Positions 13,284 to 26,558 are shown, counted from the first letter of the stretch. The stretch: DNA of 64,000 nucleotides from Chiloscyllium plagiosum (GCF_004010195.1 NC_057753.1:13864485-13928484); one strand, 5' to 3'. Numbers and translations are program-made. The notes: generated from the letters alone by a model not told the origin.

Positions 13284-13796
13284 GATTTTTGTCCAAGATT
13301 TTCTATATATGTCCATTTCACTACAGGTTTGAATGGCAATAGGAACATGATACTGTAGACGATGAGGATATTGCTCACTTTTAGTTCAGTGGTCTTGTCA
13401 GTTATATTAGGTTGAGAGGAAAATCGATTACTGATGCAGTTGGCTTTCTGCATACTCCTCCCTGTCAGTCGAAACATGAACTGTGGAGGCTGCCTGTACC
13501 ACAATACATAAGGTTAGAATCACTTATCTTCAAATCACAGGTTAAGGAGATATTTTTTGCCTCTTCATCAAATGGCTGGTGAATTGTATAGTGCTGACTC
13601 AATTATAACATACGGAAAGTGGTTACAAAAAAGCAAGAATCTGCGTAAAAGTCATATTGATCAACATAATTATCACATTCCCTGCTTATTCGACCAAAAG
13701 TAATATTTAAAATGCAACAATGCGTTCTTTTCTAATAAGGAGATAGTGACTGAGAATGGAGACAACGCTAATGAACGTTGAGAGATATTTCCCCAT
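13284..13796 (-). pseudogene. TCR V pseudogene, inverted (leader 13796-13751, V exon ~13604-13326, degenerate RSS)
   Basis: Leader MGKYLSTFISVVSIL is a paralog of the 4438 leader. The exon reads SQHYTIHQPFDEEAKNISLTCDLK...WYRQPPQFMF...NRFSSQPNITDKTTELKVSNI. Splice sites are damaged and YYC is lost. Nonamer ACAAAAATC is at 13292-13284. Confidence 0.85.
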
Positions 13797-14370
13797 GACG
13801 ATCCAATCTTCTTACCTCTGCAGGGCAGGAAATTCGCTGTCAGAGCAGAAATACAGATCCCTGTTGAATTGCATTGCTGATCCAATCAATAACAAGATTG
13901 GCGCAGCAGCAGAGATTTCACCAAGAGCACATCTGTGCCAGAGAGAAGGAGACAGAGAGATGTGTACAGCAGGAAATGGAAGCTGGTGGCGGGGATGCCA
14001 TACACTCTAAATTTGACGATGTTATTGATAAACCTCAGACATACATGGAACTAGTAGAGAGGAACCAATGACAGTTGTGTTTCCAATTTGTGAACTGTTC
14101 TCTGTCCACGGACAATATTACTTCTCTTGTTTCAAGTATCCATATGTTGAATATAAGCTACACGGTGTTTGACATTAATTGAATAGAGGTTTAATCAAAG
14201 GAAATAACAGTTTAGAATTTTAAGGCTATTTCTATCATACCATTTGGGGAATGAAGCATCGTGCAGCAGGGATAGAGCATCAAAAAATATAATGTCCGAC
14301 CATTTCTAGTTTCTGCTTCACACATGGATACTAGCAAGTATTCAACATTTCAAATCCAAACATAAAGAAT

Positions 14371-16354
14371 GAACCTTGGATGACGAGAGCGGTGGAGCTT
14401 CTCGTCAAAAGGAAAAAGGTAGCTTACATAAGGTGGAGGAATCTAGGGTCAGGCTCAGCTCTACAGGATTACAGGCAGGCGAGGAAGGAGCTTAAAAATG
14501 GTCTGAGGAGAGCCAGTAGGGGGCACGAGAAAGGCTTGGCAGAACGGATTAGAGAGAATACAAAGGCATTTTACACTTATGTGAAGAATTCGAGAATGGT
14601 CAAAGAAAGAGTAGGGCCGATCAGGGATAGCATAGGGAATTTGTGTGTGGAGTCTGAGGAGGTAGGGGAAGCCCTAAATGCTTTTTTGCTTCTGTCTTTA
14701 TGAAAGAAACGAACTTTGTAGTGAATGAAACCTTTGAAGAGCAGGTGTGCATGCTGAAATGGATAGAGATAGAGGAAGCTGATGTGCTGAAACTTTTGTC
14801 AAACATTAAGATTGACAAGTCACCAGGCCCGGACCAGATTTGTCCTCGGCTGGTTTGGGAAATGAGAAATGCAATTGCTTCGCCACTTGAGAAGATCTTT
14901 TCATTCTCGCTCTCCACTGGAGTCGTACATGAGGACTGGAGAGAGGCAAATGTAATTCCTATCTTCAAGAAAGGAAATAAGGAAATCCCCGGCAATTACA
15001 GACCAGTAACTCTCACGTTTGTTGTTTGTAAGGTGTTAGAAAGGATTCTGAGGGATAGGATTTATGAGCATCTGGAAGAGCATGGCTTGATTAAATGCAG
15101 TCAACACGGCTTTGTGAGGGGCAGGTCATGCCTCACAAACCTTATCGAGTTCTTTGAGGATGTGACTAGAAAAGCTGATGAGGGTCTAGCTGTGGATATG
15201 GTGTATATGGACTTCAGCAAGGCATTTGATAAGGTTCCCATGGTAGGCTCATTCAGAAGGTCAGGAGGAATGGGATTCAGGGGAAACTAAGCTGTCTGGA
15301 TACAGAATTGGCTGGCCAACAGAAGACAGCGAATGGTAGTAGAAGGAAAATATTCTGCCTGGAAGTCTGTGGTGAGTGGTGTTCCACAGGGCTCTGCCTT
15401 TGGGCCTCTATTATTTGTAATTTTTATTAATGACTTGGATGAGGGGAGTGAAGGGTGGGTCAGCAAGTTTGCAGATGACACAAAGGTAGGAGGTGTCGTT
15501 GACAGTATGGAGGGCTGTTGTAGGCTGCAGCGGGACATTGACAGGATGCAGAAATGGGCTGAGAGGTGGCAGATGGAGTTCATCCTGGATAAATGCGAGG
15601 TGATGCATTTTGGAAGGTCGAATTTGAAAGCTGAGTACAGGATTAAGGATAGGATTCTTGGCAGTGTGGAAGAACAGAGGGATCTTCGGGTGCAGGTACA
15701 TAGATCCCTTAAAATGGCCACCCAAGTGGACAGGGTTCTTAAGAAAGCATATGGTGTTTTGGCTTTCATTAACAGGGGGATTGAGTTTAAGAGTCGTGAG
15801 ATCTTGTTGCAGCTCTATAAAACTTTGGTTAGACCGCACTTGGAATACTGCGTCCAGTTCTGGTTGCCCTATTAGAAGAAAGATGTGGATGCTTTGGAGC
15901 TGGTTCAGAGGAGGTTTACCAGGATGCTGCCTGGACTGGAGGGCTTATCTTATGAGGAGAGGTTGACTGAGCTCGCTCTTTTTTCATTGGAGAAAAGGAG
16001 GAGAACAGGGGACCTAATTGAGGTATACAAGATAATGAGAGGCATAGATAGAGTCGATAGCCAGAGACTATTTCCCAGGGCAGAAATGACTAACACGAGG
16101 GGTCATAGTTTTAAGCTGGTTGGAGGAAAGTATAGAGCGGATGTCAGAGGCATGTTCTTTACACAGAGAGTTGTGAGAGCATGGAATGCGTTGCCAGCAG
16201 CAGTTGTGGAGGCAGGGTCATTCGGGACATTTAAGAGACTCCTGGACATGCATATGGTCACAGAAATTTGAGGGTGCATACATGAGGATCAGTGGTCGGC
16301 ACAACATCGTGGGCTGAAGGGCCTGTTCTGCGCTGTACTGTTCTATGTTCTATG
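14371..16354 (+). mobile_element. 5'-truncated CR1 LINE (RT domain, frameshifted)
   Basis: ORFs carry KSPGPD, GNYRPV, SQHGF, DFSKAFDKV, SGVPQGS, SKFADDTK and RPHLEYCVQFW. The 3' tail is TGTTCTATGTTCTATG. Confidence 0.95.
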
Positions 16355-16819
16355 GCAAAACAACATGAAGAATTACACGTTTCAAGAGAGAATTGTGGCT
16401 TTGTAGTAATGTCACTGCTCCTTCTAATTCAGAAGCTCAGGGTAAATATCCACCGACAGATCGCCTAGCGCAATTCAAATTCAGTCAGTAAACAATCTGA
16501 AATCAGCTACCCCAATAACGGTGGGCATAATAGAGGAATATATTTGCTGTACACTGCTATCATGCAGAGGTAGAATGCTGCCAAAATTATCTGGTGTGGC
16601 GTGCATATGACTCCATACATCAGCAGTGGTGTTGACTATATATTGTTCTCTGAGAAGACCTTGTAAGAACTCAGTTCAAGATTAAGACTGACATTCACAG
16701 CAATACCCTCAACTCATGACGGAATATAAATGAAAAGAAAAGTTACACAATGAGGGACCATTATCATTTTAAATTTTGTTTAAGCCACAGACTACGTTTT
16801 AAAATATTTTATCTGTCAC

Positions 16820-17900
16820 TGTTGATGGAATTCTCTTCAACCATCTCCCTGTGACAAAGTTCCAAAGACATATAGCTCGCCGAGAGAAGAAATTCTTCCT
16901 CATCTCTGTCCTACCTGGCACCTTTTATTCTGAGACGATATCTTCTGCTTCTGGACTCTCACATGAATGGAAGCATGCTCTCAAAGTATTTACTCTGTCA
17001 ACTTCTTAATATTAGTAACCCTAATCCTATACGTTTCAATAAGTTAACCTCTCATTCCACTGAACTGCCTTCAGTAGAGTTTAAATCTATTACATTTTTG
17101 TTCGTGAGAAAATCTCTTCAGGCTCGGGATCATCCTCGTGAACCTTCTCTGAACTGACCCAAATGAGACGTTTTCTCCGTTTAAATAAGTGTACAAAAAC
17201 TGTTCTCACAACACCAACTGTGCTTCCTCTAGTGTCCTGTACTGTTGCAGTGAAAACTCCATGCTCTAAACTTTCCAACCACTTCACGTAGGGCCAACGT
17301 TCTGTTAGCCTTCTGATTACCTGGTGCACGTGAGCGCTAACTGTCAGCATTTCGTGCAAATGAATCCAAAATTCTCTTTTTTGTATTGCAACTTTCTGAA
17401 CTTTCTGTCCAGTTGAAAAATAATTCTTTTTTTTAACTCTTCTTTCTAAAGTGGAAGTTTTCACATTTTGTCACACCGTACTCCAAATATTAATATATTG
17501 CCCACTTGTATAAACTATTAACTCTCTTAAACCAGTTATATTCTTTTCTTAGTTTGGGTTTCTACCTTTTTTGCATCATTTCCAAATTTGGATGCAGTGC
17601 ATTCGTTTATTTTTGGTATGAATATTTTTGTACAGTAAAAATTCTCATCTTGTCACTGATACCTTTGGAACCCCACTAGTTCCAGGAAGCCAGGCTGAAA
17701 AAGAACTATTTTCCCCACTCGCATTTTTTCTGCCTATCAGTCAATTCTTCATCCATAGCAATATTGCATGCCCAACAAAGTGGATCCTTAGTTTCTGACA
17801 AACCTTTCTGAGATGGTTTGACAAACATTTTCTGGTACCCTAAAACGATACATATACCCTGTTATCATCAAGTCAGTCAATTTGCGATGGCCTCAAAATA
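16820..17900 (-). mobile_element. Old, degenerate CR1 LINE RT fragment
   Basis: Reverse-strand similarity to CR1 RT and its 3' region (CCTTTGGAACCCCACTAGT, TCTCATTCCAC, CTTCCTCATCTCTGTCCT). Confidence 0.6.
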
Positions 17901-19119
17901 CATTGAAAAATTAGTCATACATATTTTCATGATGACACACCAACATTCCGAATGTACTGGTATTCCTTCCTTCATAATTTATTACAACATTTCGCCATAT
18001 CTGAAACACTGGAGAAATTGCTGCAGAAATTCAGCAGATCTGGACACATCGAAGAAAAGAGAACGAATGTTCCGAATCAAGTGACCCCTCTGCAGAATTG
18101 AATATTGGAGTCAGAATGTTAATGCTTTTTTTTTAACTGATCCGCCGCAATCACAAGCTAGGAAAACATCATGAAGAAAATTTGCATTGAGTTTGGTTTC
18201 GAATTTTGTTGTGCAAGAAAGTGTGCACCCGAAAAACAAATTTCTTCTACATGACGGTAACCATTAGCAAAGAGTTTATAATCGGCCAATCGCAGCTCAT
18301 GCTTTCAGATGAAGCAGGATCAATTGAAATACATGTCGTGTTTTATATTAAACGTGCAGAAAGACGGGGGAATGATCATGAATTTCAACACGTGATTTTA
18401 TTTTGGCAGAACAGCTCTCACAGTTTATCATTTCCTATCTACTACTTATAAACCGCTATTCCTGTACAACCTATCAATCACTTCCAACTACACTGATACG
18501 ATGTGAGGCAATCAACGTATTAATGATATTACTGAGTTTAAATCATCATTGTAGCACTGATCATTTCGTGGCCACAACACATTAACTGTCCGAAATTCAA
18601 GTGATTCTAAGCATTCACGTTAACGGGAATCTTTTGCACTGATAACAGTAGACTCCATTTAACTTCATTTTGTGCATCTCCTGGACCAAGGTTATCGAAG
18701 GGATAACAGAGTTCAATTCTGACCTGAGTCCTCTGATGTCGGCAACTGGAGAACAAATGAAGAGTGAGCCATTGGCTATCAGCTGTGAACAATGTCAGCA
18801 ATTAACCAATCATCAGAGTCTCAGGATGCTACTGAATGCTGACGCTGTAATACAGTGCAGCAACTGCAAGGTGAGCTTGCGTTATGCAAATTCACATCAG
18901 CTGCCGTAAACCATGGCTGCTACTTTAGATTCATTCTTCACAACTTCAACTCTCATAACTGGTAACTCTTCATAAAATATACACACGTCTCCATGCCGGC
19001 TTCCCTGACGTTGGTTTGCATCAGCTCGCTGTGTATTTTGAAAAAAAAAAATGAGTTACTAGATGATACCAGCGAATAATGATAACCAACTGAATTTCTG
19101 CAATTGTACATTTCTACAG

Positions 19120-19490
19120 GTGGAACAGTGCAAGCATCAATGATGTTTGAAAAAATATACCGTGGTCCATTGTAAAAGTTATTCAACGAAGGCTGCATAT
19201 TCTTTGCAACTATATCATCAGTACTGGGATAAAGCATTAATAATCTTGATATATATTACTAGCTCCAGTATCTGCAGTCATTGTTTTTACCATATATTAC
19301 TAGCTTCCTAACTTGGTAACTGGTGATGCTGTCAGGGCTGAGGATGTCCTCGATTTTCTGCTACCATTGATTGTTTAAAAAGTGACGGTAATTTCACCAA
19401 CAGTGAACTGCGGATGTCTGACAGAGCAATATGTTACTGAAAACTGAATGCCACGATAACAGCAAACAAGAGGGAGCATCGCACAAAACC
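19120..19490 (+). pseudogene. TCR V pseudogene with degenerate RSS
   Basis: Acceptor TTTCTACAG. Frameshifted translation TVVHCKSYSTKAAYSLQLYHQYWDKALIILIYITS...PRFSATIDCLKSDGNFTNSELRMSDRAICY*KL. RSS is CACGATA-23bp-CACAAAACC (19452-19490). It contains a 27-bp insertion with a TSD. Confidence 0.8.
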
Positions 19491-20063
19491 AGCGCTACCT
19501 TGGCACAACGTTAACAACTGAGGGCTGTGGGGGGAGAAACATTGACCAGCATTTAATAAACAGACTGCTTGTTCCTATCAGACCTGAATAAATGAGTCAA
19601 TTTTCCGATGTAAATTAATTCCACAGTGAGCAATTGGCAAATGAAATATGGTGGAGTTATCAGAACTTGCCTCTCACACATGCTGCCGACTTTGTGATGC
19701 TGGTTACACAGAGTGACAAGGGAAACTCTTCCTCTCGTGTATCCCACATCGAAGTTTACCAGATCTCATCACTCTCCAATCTCAGCGTGACTAGTGTCAG
19801 TGAGTGCAAAGAAACTTCGGATTTCAACAATATCTATTCTTTGGTAACACTGTGAACTTCCATCTATTTCACTGAAACGATGCATTTCAGATCATTAAGA
19901 AGCCGAAAAGCTCAGTTTCAAGTCAAGCTGTCTTTGTTTACTCATTTGGTTTTCTACTCATTACAATGTTGCATTAATGTTTCTGTTCTTTGACAGAGAC
20001 TTAGAATTATGGTTGTCGACATCATCAGGCCATCAGACTCGAGTCAACCTATCGCATAATCTT

Positions 20064-20078
20064 CAGGAAGTGACATCA
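20064..20078 (+). promoter_or_regulatory. Composite ETS/CRE-like element CAGGAAGTGACATCA in the V promoter
   Basis: About 90-105 bp upstream of the ATG at 20170. The core is conserved at 1364-1375 in the paralog. Confidence 0.6.
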
Positions 20079-20169
20079 CTTGAACACAGCAAATGCTGTC
20101 AGCTTTTAACTTGTTTGTTCCTCTGTAATGATGTGAGGTATTGAAACATCGCCAGCATCAGGAGCAGCG

Positions 20170-21266
20170 ATGTGGCTCTCCGTCCTGTCACTGGTATGGA
20201 TAACATGCTTTGTTGGTAAGAATTGAACTTTTAAAAGCGGATTTAATCCCTGGATGCATGCATTTTTGAAGCAGAGTGATCGCAGTCGATAAGTATCTGA
20301 CCAGGATTAAAGCATACTTGAATATGCACTCCTGGCATTTTAATTATCTGTAGACATAAGAGACACCACCACACCTGGAAAACGATTTGTGTGGATGATG
20401 CTAGAATTTCTAGAATTTCACTGTCAGAAAACAACAGACAAGCTTGTGTTCCATTCACCACGAGTCACAAGACTATAGGGTAACCAGATTGACATCTTAT
20501 CAGTGATTTGAAGATCTTAGGTTCAGAACATAGATGGAAATATTTTACTTGAGAAGGCCTCCACATTTATACATTTAAATAAAAAAAAAACACATTAAGC
20601 GACACAAAATGATCCAAAACAGATTTCAAAAGAAATTTATATACAAGGTGCAGCTTGTATAGCATCTGGCTGTTACTACAAAAAGTAGTATTTGAGATTA
20701 CATGAAGGATGCATTTTAGGGAAAGTGGATAAAGAGGGGAAAATAGAAATGGTTGGGGAGATTAATAAATACAATGAGAGGGAAGAAAAAGCTGGGTGCT
20801 TGTAGTTTTTTGGTTACATGGACATGAGCAGATATGCCAAATGGACTTTCTGTAACGCTGAATTCTATCTATTCTTTGGTAACACTGTGAAATTCCATCT
20901 TCAGTTCAGCTTATTCAAACATTTCATTGCTGATTTCCGCGTTCCTTGACATTGTATTCCAGATCTGAGCGATGGAGATCCTGTCACGCAATGGGAGCCC
21001 TACCTCACACAGACGGAGGGAGAACAAGTCACTTTAAACTGCACCTACAATGGAAACCCTTATTCCGTGTTTTGGTACCGCCAGTATCCAGGCAGACAGC
21101 CCGAGTTTATCATCTGGAGTTACACGAGTAGTGGTGTTGAAACGAAGGCTAATTTTGCTCAGTTCCGGTTTTCTGCTGCCCTCCAACACATAGACAAGTT
21201 GAACCAATTGACCATCTCGGACGTCCTACTGTCTGACACTGCGATATATTACTGTGCAATGAGACT
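20170..21266 (+). CDS. TRAV/DV: Intact TCR alpha/delta V segment (leader exon 20170-20215; V exon 20963-21266)
   Basis: Leader MWLSVLSLVWITCFV has a phase-1 GT/AG intron. The spliced open frame is DLSDGDPVTQWEPYLTQTEGEQVTLNCTYNGNPYSVFWYRQYPGRQPEFIIWS...RFSAALQHIDKLNQLTISDVLLSDTAIYYCAMR. Cys23, Trp41 and Cys104 are all present. Confidence 0.95.
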
Positions 21267-21305
21267 CACAGTGATGGGAACGAACTGAAGCCTCGTACAT
21301 TAACT
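21267..21305 (+). other. 23-RSS of the V at 20170
   Basis: CACAGTG + 23-bp spacer + ACATTAACT, directly after CAMR. Confidence 0.93.
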
Positions 21306-22149
21306 GTCACAGGTTTCTGGGTCACAGATGCGGCATCTTAAGCATTGTTTTTTTAACAACGATTTCACACACTGGACCTTTAGTGAATTGCAGTCAGTGA
21401 AAAGTCATGTAGGACAATCCAGACAAAAGACGGTTTAAAATGGCTCCCAGCAGGTACTGATTCTGATGGCTGCTTTCACCATATGAGGACTGGAATGGTT
21501 GCTGTTTATTCCACATTTTCTGGAAATTTCTCACTCATATTCAATGAGAGTATAAACTCTGCTACCGGCTTGGTACTAACAATATCTTTGGAACACTGCT
21601 TTGGAAAAGAAAAAGAACAGATAATTTTCGAAGTGAAACTCCAGAATGCAACAGCTGCCAGGTGAGGAAATCTCGTGCAACTACAGTCAACTGTCTGAAC
21701 CCGTCTTAGTGTTGAAGATACACATACAAAAACTAAGAATCTACAATATAATGAAGTGAAAAGGGGATATTTTCACGAAACGTTGGGAAGATCGTGAACA
21801 GTGATGTTATTAGCAATCATTTGATTGGACATATTTCAGTGGTCAGAAAGCCAACTGAATATAAAATCTTGATTGGATGACTAATATTTATGCTATTGAA
21901 TATTAGAAATACTTTTAAAAATCTGAACTCATCAGATTACATTACGTGCAAATACAAAATAATTCATTTTACTTCTCTGTGACACATTCCATGTTGTGAT
22001 CATGTTGCAGTTAAATATTAATGTACAACTGGTAAACAGCAAAATGTCAGACATTTAGAGAACTATTGTGTCACCAAATTTTTAACTTATCAACTAGTAT
22101 GAATTTCCTAATTACGTATTTCGACTAACGTTCAGAATTTGTCGAATAT

Positions 22150-22461
22150 AAAACATTGAACCCCGACAGTGTGATGCAGGACGTTTGGCCCAAAAAGCCC
22201 ACACCAACCCCCCCAAAGAGTATGCCACCCATACCCAAGCCCCTCCCATATTGTCCTATATTTAACCAACTAATGCACAAATCCCTGAACACTTTAGGCA
22301 AATTACCATGACCAATTCACCTAACCTGCATATCTTCGGCTTGTGGGAGGAAACCAGAACACGTGCAATCTCTATACAGACAGTAACGCAAGGCTAGAAG
22401 CGAACCCGAATCCCTGGCGCTATAAAGTAGCAGTGCTAAATACTGAGCCACCGTGCCACCC
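22150..22461 (-). mobile_element. HE1-type elasmobranch SINE
   Basis: Minus strand begins GGGTGGCACGGTGGCTCAGTATTTAGCACTGCTACTTTATAGCGCCAGGGATTCGGGTTCG (tRNA-like head), with core GCAGGTTAGGTGAATTGG and a CR1-like tail. Confidence 0.85.
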
Positions 22462-24055
22462 TGAGGAAAGAGGAGATGGAGCACAAGGAAACTGTCCGCA
22501 AAGTTGCATCTATTACTCCCTATTGTTAAATACTTGGATACATTTGAAATGAGAGTTTTTCAAGAATTGATTTATCTGCAGTCTTCACTCTTCACCTTCC
22601 CTTCATTTCACTAAAAGTGCTTTTGAATGTGGCTCCCTTTGGTTCCTGTCACTGTGTCTGTTATCCCGCATTAACACCCTGATGGAGAAGTTCCCCTCAT
22701 TTTCAAAGGATCCAGAGATGCAGAAAATTGATCTCGAAAGCCATTTGCTCTGACAGTATTCCCACTTTAGAGATATAGGTCTTGAATATCGAAAACATGT
22801 GCATTGCGTTTGTTCGAATAGCTGAAATTAATAATCACTCAATTTCCTTCAAATTGTATCGTTTTATTTAGTGCCTGTTAGACCAAGGCTGCACAATTAA
22901 TGCCGACATAAAAAAAAGGGAAATTACATGAAAACGACCATTACAATCAATGTAACCAAGTTAAAGCTTAGATTATAATACAGTGAAGACAGCCAAAGAA
23001 ACGATTGCTATAGCATTACCACGATGCTAATATTTTAAAACTCAGGAACTTACCAGTTAAGAAAGTTGCAGCAGTATCAAGAAAGTAAATAATAAATGCC
23101 TAAGCGTTTGCAAAGCGGATGCTGATTTTTTTTTTTTGCTGAGAGATGTTAAACATCAAATCCGATTTGTCCATTTCTGACAGCGTTACCAGGTGAAACG
23201 CCCAGTCACCTGACAGCTCCTTTATTCCTCAGCTCATGACGTCAAAGCGCTGAGCAATATCACGTTACTTCAACATCACGTGGTCCAGGCCCTGGATCTG
23301 GCATTTTGAAAATGATGAAAATTGACAAGTGCAGATATTTCAATAAGCAATCTTCCCATCAATTTCGACTTTGCAGATCTCGTTGATATAAGCCTTTCTG
23401 TCCTTTTCTGTTGTGACAAATACGATACATTGTCTTCTTCTGCTGTCGGCTCGACACCACTGCGCAGGCAGAGTGCGAAAATAATCAGGATTTAAGTCAG
23501 AGTAAGGACAGCAGTGGAAAATAGCGCAGACTCACGCACGAAGTTATTGTGGAGATTACAGAGATGGTCAATGTGAATCAGTCACTGTCCGACGCCTGAA
23601 GTGAATAAAAATACCTGGAGAAGAGATATCAAGAAGCAACAAGTCATGCAAGCCTAAATCTGTGAACAGGGGCATTGGGATTGCAGCTCAGTCTTTCCTG
23701 CCACCCATGAGACGCAGTTTTAAATTCGTGTGCCTCGTTTATCTCCACCCAAGAATAGCACGGTGTCAATGTGTCATTGCAATTAGAATTTCACCGATCA
23801 TATAATCGTCATATTATATGTCATAAAATCGTTCATAATTATTTCCTTGCACCTGAAATACACTTATTTGCAATAAACGCATATTAATGATAAATACAGA
23901 AACTTGATCCATGCTGTCTATTAATTTGGGTCTAAGGAGCAAGTAAAAGGGGATTTTGCAAAATTCAACTTTTGGGGATATCTCCACAGCTGAACATGCA
24001 ACCCACACATCCAGCTTCACTTAGAAAATAAATATTTAAGTTATCTTCTGTCATA

Positions 24056-24777
24056 TGTTTCGATACGGCGGTGAACCGCTGTTAAATATACCAAACACAC
24101 AGCAAAGCGCACCTCACTTCATAATCCGTTAAAATATGAGAGACAGAGACCTCCCCAAATTCCACTACTCCAAGAAAATAACATCAGTTTAATCTTTAAC
24201 TCTACATCTGAATATTAAACGGCAACTATTGACGACTTCAAGTCCTTCTTTATTTTAATTGCTTATGGCATACCTCCAACTATATAACGGTATACTGTTC
24301 CAACACCACACATTTAAAAATTGCATTAACTTAATTTCAAAACCATGCAGTGCCAATCGTCTTTGGAGTCTTTCTTCATCTGACTGAATATTTCTTTCGG
24401 TCCTCTTTATTTTTACTGCGAATATATTTCATATGAAAGGGTACCTTTGACCGAGAGTGAATCAACGTCTTGAATCTCTGTCAGCAAAAGTTGCTCTCTC
24501 TGATTTTCTTTTACAACCCCAATATTGGATTGTTTCATTGATTAGATGGGAAAACAATAAACTCAAACTCCACCCAGTTTTAATGTCCTGAGGCAAAACA
24601 TAAACTGATTGGATAAATTTGAAAAGTTGTCAAAACAGCAACTAACTCAGGTATCTATTTCACAACCAAATGTTACATATTTAAAATTTGCAGTACACTC
24701 TGATCCTGCAATCCCTCGGTGTGGAACAGCATTCAGTCTTTCTTGAAGAAAGAGTACACGCCTTCAAGTTCACAACA
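24056..24777. mobile_element. Probable solo LTR (same family as 38627-39373)
   Basis: TG...CA termini (TGTTTCGATACGGCGGTGAACC ... TTCACAACA). Colinear similarity over ~720 bp to 38627-39373, for example TAAACTGATTGG, CAGGTATCTATTTCA and CAGTACACTCTGA. Confidence 0.65.
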
Positions 24778-25307
24778 CGTGGAAGCTGTCACACTGGCTC
24801 GTTATTTGTACGTTTACCTCTGACGCCGACATGATATTCCCGATTTTATAAACAATGACGACGCTGCGTCAAAAATGATCCAATAGCTGGGATATAATTA
24901 CACGTAGACATGAAAAAAATTTAGAAATGTTTAGGCCTCATTTGCTATAAAGTCATTCAGAATTAGTTGAAGTCTTATCTCAAGTAGACGCCATTGCAAT
25001 TTGAAGTGAATTCCAAAGACACATTTCTGAGAGATATTTTCCATAACCTCTCAATTAAGTCGATAACGTTTTCAAATACCATGCGTTTAATCAGGTTTTA
25101 GTAGACCTTGAAAAAAAATCAAAATTGGGAACTCTGTAAAAATGGGATTCCTTCTTAAATATTGACGACTTGTGCAGTTGGTTCGATTCGCCTGCAGATT
25201 GTAGAAATATATAATTTAGATCAGAAAACAGCATCAAGGAGAGAGGCTCTGACATTGCAATTCTTTCAACATTAACCCGGGCAAATCTCCCATTGTGCAC
25301 AGAGATG

Positions 25308-25344
25308 AACACACACAAACCTACAAACACACACAGAAACATAC

Positions 25345-25394
<50 letters not shown>

Positions 25395-25402
25395 AAAAAC
25401 AC
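25308..25402. repeat. (CA)n microsatellite
   Basis: Direct inspection. Confidence 0.95.
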
Positions 25403-26558
25403 ATTGGTAGCCACAGTCAAATGCATATAAACACAGACAACAAAGCACACACTAGACGCATTTACAGAACCATAAACAAAAAAATCATACAGGCAGTCAT
25501 AGATAAGCATTGACAACCACAAACGTAAAGTTTTGCAAGTATCCTGCTCCCTTTCAACTTGCATGCTATCCACCGCATTCACTTCTAAAGCAACTTGCCA
25601 GATTTTTTCCAAGCACCAGGGAAATGAACACATTACGTCTTCCAGTAGAGAAAGATTTCAGAAGCTATGTGTTCTTGCGTATATGAGTCAGAAAGAACAA
25701 TGTCGGTAGACTCCCATTCAGGTTTATAAAATAAACTCTTACCCGTGTTGCTTTTCCAGTCGGAATCATGTACACAATGGAAATAAATGCCCATCTCACA
25801 GCCAGCTGAGGAAACACGAGTTTTCATGTCACAGGCGAAGATTTTTGGCTCAGTGTTGAGGCAGCTACCTTCTTACATCAGGTATGATCAGACAGTTCAA
25901 CAAAGGTCTGGTTAGAATGTGTGAGGAAAACACCCTGACGCCGTTGGGAAATGCAGGTGAAGGGAAAACGGAAACTTTCATGGAAAATAATTTTATACCG
26001 CATAGGAGGTTAGGGTTATCTGTTGCCATTGAGCACAATTGACTGAAGTCAGTTCTTGGTTCGAAAACTTGCTTGCAACTTCCAGAAAGCACCACTAGAG
26101 GGCAGTGTACATCTGTACGCTGGAGGACATGTGAACTGGAGATGGAGTGACCTGACAGACAGTACAAGGAGATGTCAGTTTGAAGGCTTGGAACAGAAAG
26201 GTAATACCAAGACGCTGCTTATCCCATATTATTGAACAGACCAGACACTCTAAAAGTATTTGAAGAAGGTAGTCTAGACCTTGGTTTTTTCTTATGTTAA
26301 GTGCACATGTGTAGTGCTATTCCAGATGCAATAAGACTGTTCAAAATATTCGACATTAAGCAAAGCACAACCTATCCAAATACTATAGTCAAAATATAAC
26401 AAAAGAGTGCAAAACATGAAATAACGTAACCCCCACCCCCCAAAAAAAAGCTTAACAAAATAATAGGTGTAATAACTATTACTGATTAACTGTTTGAATA
26501 TAGGAACATCACATGAACAAAGTCAGAAACAGATTGCCTCACATCCAACCCAGCAGCC

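Noticed and set aside
14621-15839. Long ORFs antisense to CR1 RT (also 32114-34410 and 46481-47120)
   Set aside because: These are shadow frames of LINE coding sequence.
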